A stretch of 34,072 nucleotides of DNA from positions 1 to 34,072 of the forward strand of contig JBGFRI010000039.1 in assembly GCA_041695225.1 (NCBI GenBank). Direction: 5' to 3'. Position numbers and translations under genes: made by a program. This document shows, in pieces, positions 19,108-27,137 of the stretch. The notes beneath the pieces were generated by a model. It saw nothing but the letters and a program-made list of their open reading frames with translations. It did not search any database and was not told where the DNA came from. The DNA comes from Deinococcota bacterium (GTDB taxonomy: Bacteria > Deinococcota > Deinococci > Deinococcales > Thermaceae). Every line of letters begins with the position of its first letter. Position 1 is the first letter of the stretch.

Positions 19108-19443
19108 ATGGTAGACTATGACCTTTCCGAATCGGCCCTGGGTAGCCTGGTTGTGCTGGCCCTCGAGGGGCAGAAAGGGCTAAAGCTGGTATTACCGGGA
19201 GCCAGAAGCGTGGGAGACGTAATTTCGGGGCGCAGGTTCCGCCCGGTGCGGATAGAGCGCGATGGCGATCAGTTGCTGGTAGACATAAGTCTGAGCGTGG
19301 AATATGGCCGGTCCGTAATAGAAGTTGCTAAGGAAGCTCAGAGGACGGTGGCCGAGGTGCTTGCGGCTACGACAGGACTAAAGGTCAAGGCGGTCAACGT
19401 CACGGTGGTAGCAGTGGAGTACAAGGAGCCTAATGCGGCGTAA
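19108..19443 (+). CDS. Asp23/Gls24 family protein
   Basis: VDISLSVEYG.S...VA..AQ..V...L...TGL.V..VNV.V; usual position before nusB. Confidence 0.85.
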   Translation: MVDYDLSESALGSLVVLALEGQKGLKLVLPGARSVGDVISGRRFRPVRIERDGDQLLVDISLSVEYGRSVIEVAKEAQRTVAEVLAATTGLKVKAVNVTVVAVEYKEPNAA

Positions 19444-19891
19444 GGCCCGTGAACTGGCCTTTAAGGTGCTCTTCGAGCATGCGGTGGGCGGGGTGCCGCT
19501 CGAGTCGGCCTGGCAGCACGCTACCCAGGGTATCGAACCCGACGAGCCCGGCCAGGATGCAGACCCGCTAGATACTGAGGGTCTGTGCTTTGCTCGGCGC
19601 CTGGTGCAGGGCTATCAAACCCAGCAAGAGACCATAGATCAGATTCTGGGTTCTACTATCGAGGGTTGGAGCTTTGGCCAGATGGCCAAGACCGACCTGG
19701 CGGTTTTGCGCCTGGCAGCCTACGAGATGCTCTTTGAGCCTACCCCCCATGCGCCTTTGATTGAGGTGGCGGTCAAGATCGCTAAGCGCTACGGTGGAGA
19801 AGACTCGGGGCGCTTTGTTAACGGGGTGCTGGCCCGCTTGCTCAGGCGCATCGAAACGGGTGAGTTGTTAGCTATTGCCAAAGGCGAGTGA
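19433..19891 (+). CDS. nusB: Transcription antitermination factor NusB
   Basis: RRKARELAF, W...MA..D..VLRLA.YE, EVAVKIAKRYG.EDSGRFVNGVL. Confidence 0.95.
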   Translation: MRRKARELAFKVLFEHAVGGVPLESAWQHATQGIEPDEPGQDADPLDTEGLCFARRLVQGYQTQQETIDQILGSTIEGWSFGQMAKTDLAVLRLAAYEMLFEPTPHAPLIEVAVKIAKRYGGEDSGRFVNGVLARLLRRIETGELLAIAKGE

Positions 19892-19930
19892 AAATAACCC
19901 GAATCCTCCCGACATCACGATTCCGAGGTC

Positions 19931-20782
19931 ATGATGCTAGTACTCTCTGGCCCTCCCGTTGCTGAAGCAGTCTACCAAGAACTCACGGCCCGCCTGGCCC
20001 AGCTGCCCTTCGTACCCCACCTGCGGGTGGTGCGGCTGGGCGAAGACCCGGCCTCGGTTGCGTATGTGCGCCTGAAAAACCGCCAGGCCCGAAAACTGGG
20101 CCTGTCCAGCCAGGTGGATGTGTTTCCTGCAAGCACCTCTCAGAATGAGCTGCTGGCCCACATAGCCCTGCTAAATGCAGACCCCGGGGTAGATGGCATC
20201 CTGGTGCAGTCCCCGGTGCCCAAACAGATTGACTTTAACACCGTGCTGGAAGCCATCTGCCCCCAAAAGGACGTGGACGGACTGACGCCCGCCAATGCCG
20301 GGCGCTTGTGGATGGGTCTGGACGCGCTCGAGTCCTGCACTCCGGCTGGGGTTATACGTATCCTGAAGCATTATCAGATTCCGCTTTCTGGCAGGGAAGC
20401 GGTAATTGTGGGTCGCAGCAACCTGGTGGGCAAGCCACTGGCTGCCATGTTGCTGCGGGAAAACGCTACCGTGACCCTGGCCCACTCCCGCACCCATGGC
20501 CTGGCCAGCGTCTGCCTACGGGCCGAGCTGCTGGTGGCAGCGGTAGGCCGGGTGAGGCTCATTACCCCGGATATGGTGCGCCCTGGCGCGGTGGTGGTAG
20601 ATGTTGGCATCAACCGTGTTGGCCAGAGCGAAAAAGGCCGCGACATACTGGTGGGCGATGTGGCGCCTGAGGTCGCTGAGGTGGCCTCGGCCCTGACGCC
20701 GGTTCCGGGCGGAGTTGGCCCCATGACCGTGGCCATGTTGTTGCACAATACGGTGGTGGCTGCCACGCGTCGTCGGGGCTAA
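19931..20782 (+). CDS. folD: Methylene-THF dehydrogenase/cyclohydrolase
   Basis: GEDPAS..YV, VDGILVQ, KDVDG, CTPAG, GRSNLVGKP, DVGINR, TPVPGGVGPMTVAML. Confidence 0.96.
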   Translation: MMLVLSGPPVAEAVYQELTARLAQLPFVPHLRVVRLGEDPASVAYVRLKNRQARKLGLSSQVDVFPASTSQNELLAHIALLNADPGVDGILVQSPVPKQIDFNTVLEAICPQKDVDGLTPANAGRLWMGLDALESCTPAGVIRILKHYQIPLSGREAVIVGRSNLVGKPLAAMLLRENATVTLAHSRTHGLASVCLRAELLVAAVGRVRLITPDMVRPGAVVVDVGINRVGQSEKGRDILVGDVAPEVAEVASALTPVPGGVGPMTVAMLLHNTVVAATRRRG

Positions 20783-20872
20783 AGTAAGATGCCTTGCGCG
20801 GCCAGTAGAGCCCTGCGCTACAAAAAGAGGCAAAATTATTAATAAACCCCGATAAGGGTAGAATGGTGCACA

Positions 20873-21325
20873 GTGACCGAACTGCTTGCCAATCAGGTGC
20901 TCTGGACGGCCATTCTGGCCAGTGTTTTTGCACAACTGCTAAAACTCTTTATCTATTATCTGGTCGAGCGCAAGTGGCAGTGGGAGCGCCTGGCCGAGAC
21001 TGGCGGAATGCCCTCTTCCCACTCCGCAACAGTTGCGGCGCTGGCAACCGCCGTGGGCATCAGCGAGGGCTGGGGCAGCACCTATTTCGCCGTTGCGGTG
21101 GTGCTGGCCATCATTGTAATGTACGATGCCACCGGCATCCGCCGGGCGGCGGGCTTACATGCTGAGCGTCTGAACGTCCTGTTTGAAGAATTTCGTGTGG
21201 TGCTACAACAAGGCCCCCAGCCCGAGCCTTTGAAAGAACTGCTTGGTCATACCTATCTTGAAGTGGCAGTGGGGGCTATCCTGGGCATTATTTTTGCTGT
21301 GTTGAGCTTTGCGCTGTTTTATTAG
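20873..21325 (+). CDS. Divergent PAP2 family protein (DUF212)
   Basis: AQ.LK, TGGMPSSHSA, MYDA.GIRR.AG, LKELLGHT..EV..G. Confidence 0.92.
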   Translation: MTELLANQVLWTAILASVFAQLLKLFIYYLVERKWQWERLAETGGMPSSHSATVAALATAVGISEGWGSTYFAVAVVLAIIVMYDATGIRRAAGLHAERLNVLFEEFRVVLQQGPQPEPLKELLGHTYLEVAVGAILGIIFAVLSFALFY

Positions 21326-21834
21326 ACTATGCCAGCATTACATCCAGGCTGAACTGCCCCAAACACACTATTCACCTCAAGAAACTGGTGCATGGGCTTT
21401 GTTGCATCACGATTTCCAAGAACCAGGTATTGTTCGCGACAGCTGCCCATATATGCTTTCCCAGACCATGCAACACCTGGAATTACGAATTGTTTTGCTG
21501 CCGAGCGATGCCCAGGTCTAAGGGGGGTTGCTCGCTCTGCATTGTGATGCAGCGCTATCCCGGGCTGCCAACGGCCATGCGCTCAGACTTTGTTTCAGAC
21601 AATTCTGGCGGTGTCGGGCCAGGGACGTGGGCGGACCGGGGTGTTTGTGTATGCCAGAGAACGTCTGCAAAGGCCAAGATAGTGAACCAGGGCGGGCCGT
21701 GCGATGGTTATTGTATTCGCCGGTAGATCGCCGGGCCATCGTAAACCCTTATTACACCGAGCTTGGATCGAGGCTCTTGAGGGTTGGCCATACTTCGGTG
21801 ATAGTATTGCCCCAGCCTTGAAGAATGCCGTGAC

Positions 21835-22071
21835 CTACCGGTGCACCATCCGCATAACTACCAGCATGCCCACACTTTGAATTAGTGGAAAAGCCATCAG
21901 GGTAATGGCGCCGGGCCAGAAGGCAAATAGCGCAACCGGAATTACCGTTGAAACCACGCTGACCCACATCAGGTCGGTGCGGTTGCGTTGTTTGAGCAGG
22001 CGGTACATTACATAGTTGTTGAACATGGCAAACAGCAGCAGCATCACCCAGGCAATCACAAAGGTATCCAT
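21835..22071 (-). CDS. Small integral membrane protein (78 aa), unknown function
   Basis: MDTFVIAWVMLLLFAMFNNY...; about three hydrophobic segments; TACAAT -10 at 22085-22080 just upstream. Confidence 0.7.
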   Translation of the reverse strand: MDTFVIAWVMLLLFAMFNNYVMYRLLKQRNRTDLMWVSVVSTVIPVALFAFWPGAITLMAFPLIQSVGMLVVMRMVHR

Positions 22072-22115
22072 CACCCAGCATTGTACCCACTGACCACGCA
22101 TGTGCTAACGCGCAT

Positions 22116-22190
22116 GGTCGAAGGCCTAAAGACAAAGGTCGAAGGCCAAAACCCAAGGCCGTCGCAGACCTTAGACCTTCGACCTTAGAC
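22116..22190. repeat. Inverted heptamer array (GGTCGAA-type units followed by GACCTTH-type units)
   Basis: ggtcgaa ggcctaa agacaaa ggtcgaa ggccaaa ... gacctta gaccttc gacctta gac. Confidence 0.75.
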
Positions 22191-22270
22191 TGACAATTTC
22201 GGGCGCAACTCTCGAGGCCAAAGGGTGCCCTATGACCACTTTTTGCTATTCCGAGATACAATAAGCTTAG

Positions 22271-22924
22271 ATGATCCGTATCTTGCTTGCCGACGATCAC
22301 GCGTTGTTTCGTCAGGGTCTCAAGAGTCTTTTGGAGGCCGAGCCCGACTTTAAAGTGATGGGAGAGGCCAAAGACGGGCGCGAGGCCCTGCGCCACGCTC
22401 TCGAGGCCCACCCCGACATTATTCTGATGGATATTCAGATGCCCGGCCTGGATGGTGTACAGGCCACCCAGGAAATCCTTAGGGAGTGGCCCAAGGGCAA
22501 GGTAATCATGCTGACCATGTACCGGCAGGATGGTTACGTCTTTGAAGCAGTCAAGGCGGGGGCGCGCGGCTACATGCTCAAAGATGCCGATGCCAAGGAA
22601 CTGCTCGAGGCCATCCGGCGGGTCTACCAGGGCGAGGTCTTGCTAGACGCCGAGATGGCCGAGCAGATCATCCAGGACTTCAAGTCTAAGCTAGAATCCA
22701 CCCCCAAAGAACACGCCGAGCTTTCCGAACGAGAGGTTCAGATTTTGCGACTGGTAGCCCAGGGCTACACCAACCTCGAGATTGCCTCCGAACTATCGCT
22801 ATCAGAAAAAACGGTGCGAAACCGCTTGTCAGACATCTTCCAGAAGCTGCACCTGAATAACCGTACCCAGGCCGCGCTCTACGCTCTGCGCGAGGGTCTG
22901 GCCGAAAAGAATGAAGAGAAGTAG
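22271..22924 (+). CDS. NarL/LuxR family response regulator
   Basis: ADDH, MDIQMP (phospho-Asp), LSERE..IL.L...G.TN.EIA..L.LSEKTV HTH; no kinase adjacent. Confidence 0.95.
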   Translation: MIRILLADDHALFRQGLKSLLEAEPDFKVMGEAKDGREALRHALEAHPDIILMDIQMPGLDGVQATQEILREWPKGKVIMLTMYRQDGYVFEAVKAGARGYMLKDADAKELLEAIRRVYQGEVLLDAEMAEQIIQDFKSKLESTPKEHAELSEREVQILRLVAQGYTNLEIASELSLSEKTVRNRLSDIFQKLHLNNRTQAALYALREGLAEKNEEK

Positions 22925-23005
22925 GAGAGTAGCGGTCGGGCTTAATTCCGTGCTGCATGCTCTGCCACGGTAGACTCGAAGCAAAGCCTGTATAGTCAAA
23001 ACCCG

Positions 23006-24070
23006 ATGAGCGACCCTGCTACACAGACCGCCCCCGATCCCGTAGTCTTGCTGGGGGAGATTGCCGAAATAGGCGGCGATGCCGCCCGCGGGGCCTGGGT
23101 AGCCCGGCAGTTGCAGGCTCAGGGATTGGAAACTTATACCGACGAGCTGGGCAATCTCTGGACGGGCTGCGGCCCTACCCTGGTGGTAGCCCACATAGAT
23201 ACGGTGCTCACCCCAGGGCCTTTGCGTTGCGAGATAAACCGCTGGTATGGCCCGGCAGTGGGCGACAACTCTTCGGGAGTAGCGGTACTGACCGCGCTGG
23301 CCCGGGAACTGGTGGCCCAGGGCTGTACGGTGGCATTTAGCGTGGGGGAAGAGGGGTTGGGCAACCTGCGTGGCGCCCGGCAGCTGGTAAAAGAGCTCCG
23401 ACCCCAGCAGATGATTGCGGTAGACGGCTATCTACCCGGCATTGTCATCCACTCGGCAGGTTCATACCGGATGCGGGCTCAATTTATGGGCCCGGGTGGC
23501 CATGCCTGGGGTGACCGCGAGGCGCCCTCGCCGGTGCCGGCGCTGGGGCAGGCGCTGGCGCAGATGTATGCCCTGGAGCGGCCCAGCGATACCAGCCTGA
23601 ACGTGGGAAGGTTATGGGGCGGCGAGGCCATCAATGCCATCCCGCGCGAGGCGGGCCTCGAGCTCGATTTGCGAGCACTAGAAGCCTCGGTTTTGGGCCG
23701 CAGGACACTCCAGGTGCGTGAAATTTTGATGGAAGCCGCCCGCCGCTTTAACGTTCGACTGGAAATCGAAGTTTTGGGCGAACGCCCGGCCGGTACCACC
23801 GCAACCGAGGCCATGATGGAGGCCGCCCGCAGGGCCTTTGTTGAGCTGGGCCTCGAGGCCCAGTTTACTGCCGGTTCCACCGATGCTTCGGCGGGGGTAG
23901 CAGCAGGCATTCCAGCCATCACCCTGAGCGTTTACCGGGGTGGGGCAGCCCACACCCCCGAAGAATGGGTCGAGCCCGAGTCGCTACGCCTGGGAGCCCA
24001 GGCCCTGCGCAGTTTTGTCCGGCGCCTGCTAACACCAGAATTACATTTGCCGCCACCCACAGGACTCTAA
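23006..24070 (+). CDS. M20/M25/M40 family metallo-hydrolase
   Basis: AHIDTV, GDNSSG, GEEGLG, GPGGH, NAIP, STDA, AHTPEE. Confidence 0.88.
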   Translation: MSDPATQTAPDPVVLLGEIAEIGGDAARGAWVARQLQAQGLETYTDELGNLWTGCGPTLVVAHIDTVLTPGPLRCEINRWYGPAVGDNSSGVAVLTALARELVAQGCTVAFSVGEEGLGNLRGARQLVKELRPQQMIAVDGYLPGIVIHSAGSYRMRAQFMGPGGHAWGDREAPSPVPALGQALAQMYALERPSDTSLNVGRLWGGEAINAIPREAGLELDLRALEASVLGRRTLQVREILMEAARRFNVRLEIEVLGERPAGTTATEAMMEAARRAFVELGLEAQFTAGSTDASAGVAAGIPAITLSVYRGGAAHTPEEWVEPESLRLGAQALRSFVRRLLTPELHLPPPTGL

Positions 24071-24114
24071 CCTGCGTCGTTGCCCCGAACCATCGTCTGA
24101 CTTAGGATAGTCCG

Positions 24115-24954
24115 GTGCGCATCGGTCTATTAGATGGTTGGTTGAGCAGTCGTTATATACCCTTCTGGGAAGCTTTTTTGCAGGCACTGGAGGTAGAAAT
24201 TGTTCGCCCCGAGTGGGCGGATTTGCGGCTTCCCATGCCCCCGCCCATTCGGCGGGTGGTTGGCCAGGCATTCAGTCTGAAGGAAAAGGGAGTGGATTTC
24301 TTGCTCCTGCCCGATGCGCAGCTCGGCATCGAGAACTGCCGGGGCAGTCCGTCACCCTGGATGGCAGACCTGGAAACAACCCTGGGGCGGCTGGTGCCGG
24401 GGCTACCCCCTGCGCTGCTGGTTCCCGCCGAGCTGTCGCCGGAGGTGGCCGGCCTGGCTGCCAGAATTGGACAGAACCTGACCGGCAACCCTATGCTGGC
24501 CCGGCGGGCTTTGCAGCGCGCCAGGCGGCTGCTCAACATCACCTTTAAACCCGCCAACCAGCCTGGAACCCATCGGATCGGGCTGGTGGCCCAGCCCATG
24601 CTGCTGGACGATCCGGACTGGCTGGCAGACCTCCGGGCTCTGCTAGCCGAGCGCGGGCTAAGCCTGTTCCTGGCCGACAAAGCCCCTGCCGAACTTCGCC
24701 AGGAAGGGGCCGGCCTGGAGCTAGGCCTGGAGCTTCCTACCGACCTCGAGGCCGCTGGAATGCACCGTTATCTCTCCAGGCTGGGCAGGGTTAAGGGGCT
24801 GCTCTACGTGCATGACCTCGAGTACCTGCCCCTGCCCACTCCATTACGCAAACTCTTGAAAAAGTCAGAGCCAACCAAGCCCTGGCGTTTGGTGGGCCTG
24901 GAAGCCCACTGGGGAGAGGTAGCCGAAGGGCTAGGCAAAGACCTTGGCGCCTGA
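24115..24954 (+). CDS. Hypothetical protein; N-terminus resembles the acyl-CoA dehydratase activase-associated (DUF2229-like) domain
   Basis: 279 aa; MRIGL......RYIPFWEAFLQALEVEIV and KGVDFLLLP resemble recalled DUF2229 motifs; promoter TTGCCC-17-TAGGAT 6 nt upstream. Confidence 0.75.
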   Translation: MRIGLLDGWLSSRYIPFWEAFLQALEVEIVRPEWADLRLPMPPPIRRVVGQAFSLKEKGVDFLLLPDAQLGIENCRGSPSPWMADLETTLGRLVPGLPPALLVPAELSPEVAGLAARIGQNLTGNPMLARRALQRARRLLNITFKPANQPGTHRIGLVAQPMLLDDPDWLADLRALLAERGLSLFLADKAPAELRQEGAGLELGLELPTDLEAAGMHRYLSRLGRVKGLLYVHDLEYLPLPTPLRKLLKKSEPTKPWRLVGLEAHWGEVAEGLGKDLGA

Positions 24955-25054
24955 TAGGCTTTAGTTTCTGGATCTGAACCCGGTCCGATGACCCTAAACC
25001 CGGGCCTTTAAATCAGGAAAAGAATCACGCTCCAAGACCACTGGGAGGAATAAA

Positions 25055-27058
25055 GTGGTGCAAATGCAGTCACCTTTACAAACCAATCCCCCAACCAGAA
25101 CTGACCAGTCAGTATTTGGCCCGCTCAGAGCACTGCTGCCTTACCTGAAACGTTACGGCCACCAGTATGTCTGGGGTATGTTGGCCGGAATCGCCTCGGT
25201 TGGTGTGGCGGCCCTAACCCCTTATTTTCTGCGCCATGCCATTGACGCTATTCGCGCCGGTGAGGCTTATCTGGTCTGGGTCTGGGCCATTGTTGCCGGA
25301 GCACTGGTCTCGGCTGTTTTTGCCTGGGCCAACCGACAGCTGCTGGTGGTTGCCAGCCGCTATATCGAACACGATTTGCGCTTGGATCTGTTCAAAAAAG
25401 CCCTCTCGCTGGACAGCTATTTTTACGGTAAAAACCGCATTGGCGACCTGATGAACAAGTTCACCACCGACTTAGGCGCGGTGCGCGAGATGCTGGGCGG
25501 AGGCATCAACATGGGCAGCCGCCTGCTAATGTTCATCGTATTTGCCATTTTGGCCATGTATTTGGTAAGCGTGCCGCTGGCCCTGGCGTTGTCACTGGTT
25601 TTTCCCATCATCTTTGTGATCATGTACTACGTCTTGCGCCTGATTGACCTGCGCTACCGCGAAAGCCAGGAGTCTTTTGACAGGATCTCCACCCGTGCCC
25701 AGGAAAACTTCTCCGGAATCAGGGTGGTAAAAGGTTTTGCCCTGGAGCAGCGCGAACTCGAGTCTTTCCAGGCCCTCAACAAGGACTACATCGCCAAAAG
25801 CCTGGCCCTGACCCGGGTAGATGGCCCGGTGCGGGCCTTGATGGGGCTGCTGATGGGCTTTGCCGCGCTGATCGTTTTGTGGATGGGCGGCGGTATGGTC
25901 ATCCGCGAAGAGATGACAGCCGGGCAGTTTGTACAGTTCAACGCCTATCTGATGATGATGGGCTGGCCAATTGTGGGACTGGGCTGGACCCTAACCATCT
26001 TTCAGCGTGGCTCGACCAGCTACAAAAGACTGGAAGAGTTCTGGCTCGAGCCGGTGCGGGTAAAAGACGTGGAGGGTCTAGGGTCGGGGGTCGAGAGCCA
26101 AAGGATAGGGGAGCAGAGGCTGGAGGCTGGTGACAACACCCCTCAACCCCCCAGCCCGATGCAAGCAACCTCCGCTCCGCTTCGCCTTCTCCCGCAAGGG
26201 GAGAAGGGGGCAACTGATGCTGGCAATACCCCTCAACCCCCCAGCCCGATGCAAGCAACCTCCGCTCCGCTTCGCCTTCTCCCGCAAGGGGAGAAGGGGG
26301 TGGCTGATGATCTTAACGGGCGGGGGGAGGTTAAGTTTGAGGGTGTAAGTCTGGAACTGGGGGGGCGCAGGGTGCTGGATGGCATCACCCTCACCATCCC
26401 CCAGGGCACCACCCTGGGCATCACCGGGCGTACCGGCAGCGGCAAAACCCTGCTGGTCAGCCTGATTCCACGTATCATGGACCCGACCGCCGGGCGGGTG
26501 CTGGTGGGAGGGCATGATGTAAAAGAACTACCTCTAACCACCCTGCGCAGTCTCGTTGGAATGGTTCCACAAGAGCCCTTCCTGTTCTCCGACACCCTGG
26601 TCGAAAACATCTGCTTTGGACTTGCCCGAACAGATAGGGAACGGGCAGAGTGGGCGGCCAGGCTGGCGGGCATCCACGACGACATCATGGGTTTTCCCAA
26701 AGGCTACGACACCTCGTTAGGAGAGCGTGGTGTAACCCTTTCGGGTGGGCAACGGCAGCGCACTGCGCTGGCTCGAGCCCTGGCCAAGAGGCCCCGAATC
26801 CTGATTCTGGACGACGCCATGAGCGCGGTAGACACCGAGACCGAGTCGCGGATTCTTTCGGGCCTCAAAAGCATGCTGGGCCAGCAGACCACCATCCTGA
26901 TCGGTCATCGCACCTCGACCCTGCAGTATGCCGACTGGATTGTGGTCTTGGACCACGGCAAGATCGCCGAGGAGGGTACCCACGAGATGCTCCTGGCCAC
27001 AGGTGGTATTTATGCCGAACTCGACCGCATTCAGCGCCTGCAGGCGGAGGTGGAGTGA
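25055..27058 (+). CDS. tmrB: Heterodimeric ABC exporter subunit TmrB (degenerate Walker B), with an in-frame linker insertion
   Basis: TMD-NBD; GITGRTGSGKT, LSGGQRQR, ILDDA; sequence tracks recalled T. thermophilus TmrB. Confidence 0.88.
   Translation: MVQMQSPLQTNPPTRTDQSVFGPLRALLPYLKRYGHQYVWGMLAGIASVGVAALTPYFLRHAIDAIRAGEAYLVWVWAIVAGALVSAVFAWANRQLLVVASRYIEHDLRLDLFKKALSLDSYFYGKNRIGDLMNKFTTDLGAVREMLGGGINMGSRLLMFIVFAILAMYLVSVPLALALSLVFPIIFVIMYYVLRLIDLRYRESQESFDRISTRAQENFSGIRVVKGFALEQRELESFQALNKDYIAKSLALTRVDGPVRALMGLLMGFAALIVLWMGGGMVIREEMTAGQFVQFNAYLMMMGWPIVGLGWTLTIFQRGSTSYKRLEEFWLEPVRVKDVEGLGSGVESQRIGEQRLEAGDNTPQPPSPMQATSAPLRLLPQGEKGATDAGNTPQPPSPMQATSAPLRLLPQGEKGVADDLNGRGEVKFEGVSLELGGRRVLDGITLTIPQGTTLGITGRTGSGKTLLVSLIPRIMDPTAGRVLVGGHDVKELPLTTLRSLVGMVPQEPFLFSDTLVENICFGLARTDRERAEWAARLAGIHDDIMGFPKGYDTSLGERGVTLSGGQRQRTALARALAKRPRILILDDAMSAVDTETESRILSGLKSMLGQQTTILIGHRTSTLQYADWIVVLDHGKIAEEGTHEMLLATGGIYAELDRIQRLQAEVE
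26134..26309. repeat. Two tandem 90-bp palindrome-containing repeats inside tmrB
   Basis: 26138-26210 is identical to 26228-26300 (73 bp); each ends in the hairpin CCTTCTCCC-GCAAG-GGGAGAAGG; encodes NTPQPPSPMQATSAPLRLLPQGEKG twice. Confidence 0.95.
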
Positions 27059-27060
27059 TC

Positions 27061-27129
27061 GCCCATAACCTATAGCCGATAGCCCATAGCGAAAAAGCTA
27101 TCAGCCATTAGCAGTCAGCTATCAGCAGC
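27061..27129. repeat. Inverted heptamer array in the tmrB-tmrA spacer
   Basis: gcccata acctata gccgata gcccata gc-gaaaaa-gctatca gccatta gcagtca gctatca gc. Confidence 0.8.
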
Positions 27130-27137
27130 GGAGCCTT

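Noticed and set aside
21355..21460. Weak resemblance of HLKKLV..C..ISK to an IS1 InsB C-terminus
   Set aside because: Too few matching residues and no IS ends visible.
24957..25012. Possible further decayed heptamer hairpin before tmrB
   Set aside because: Periodicity is too weak to call by eye.
26134..26309. Possible mini-CRISPR or intein in tmrB
   Set aside because: Tandem identical units with no unique spacer; no intein Cys/Ser...His-Asn motifs.
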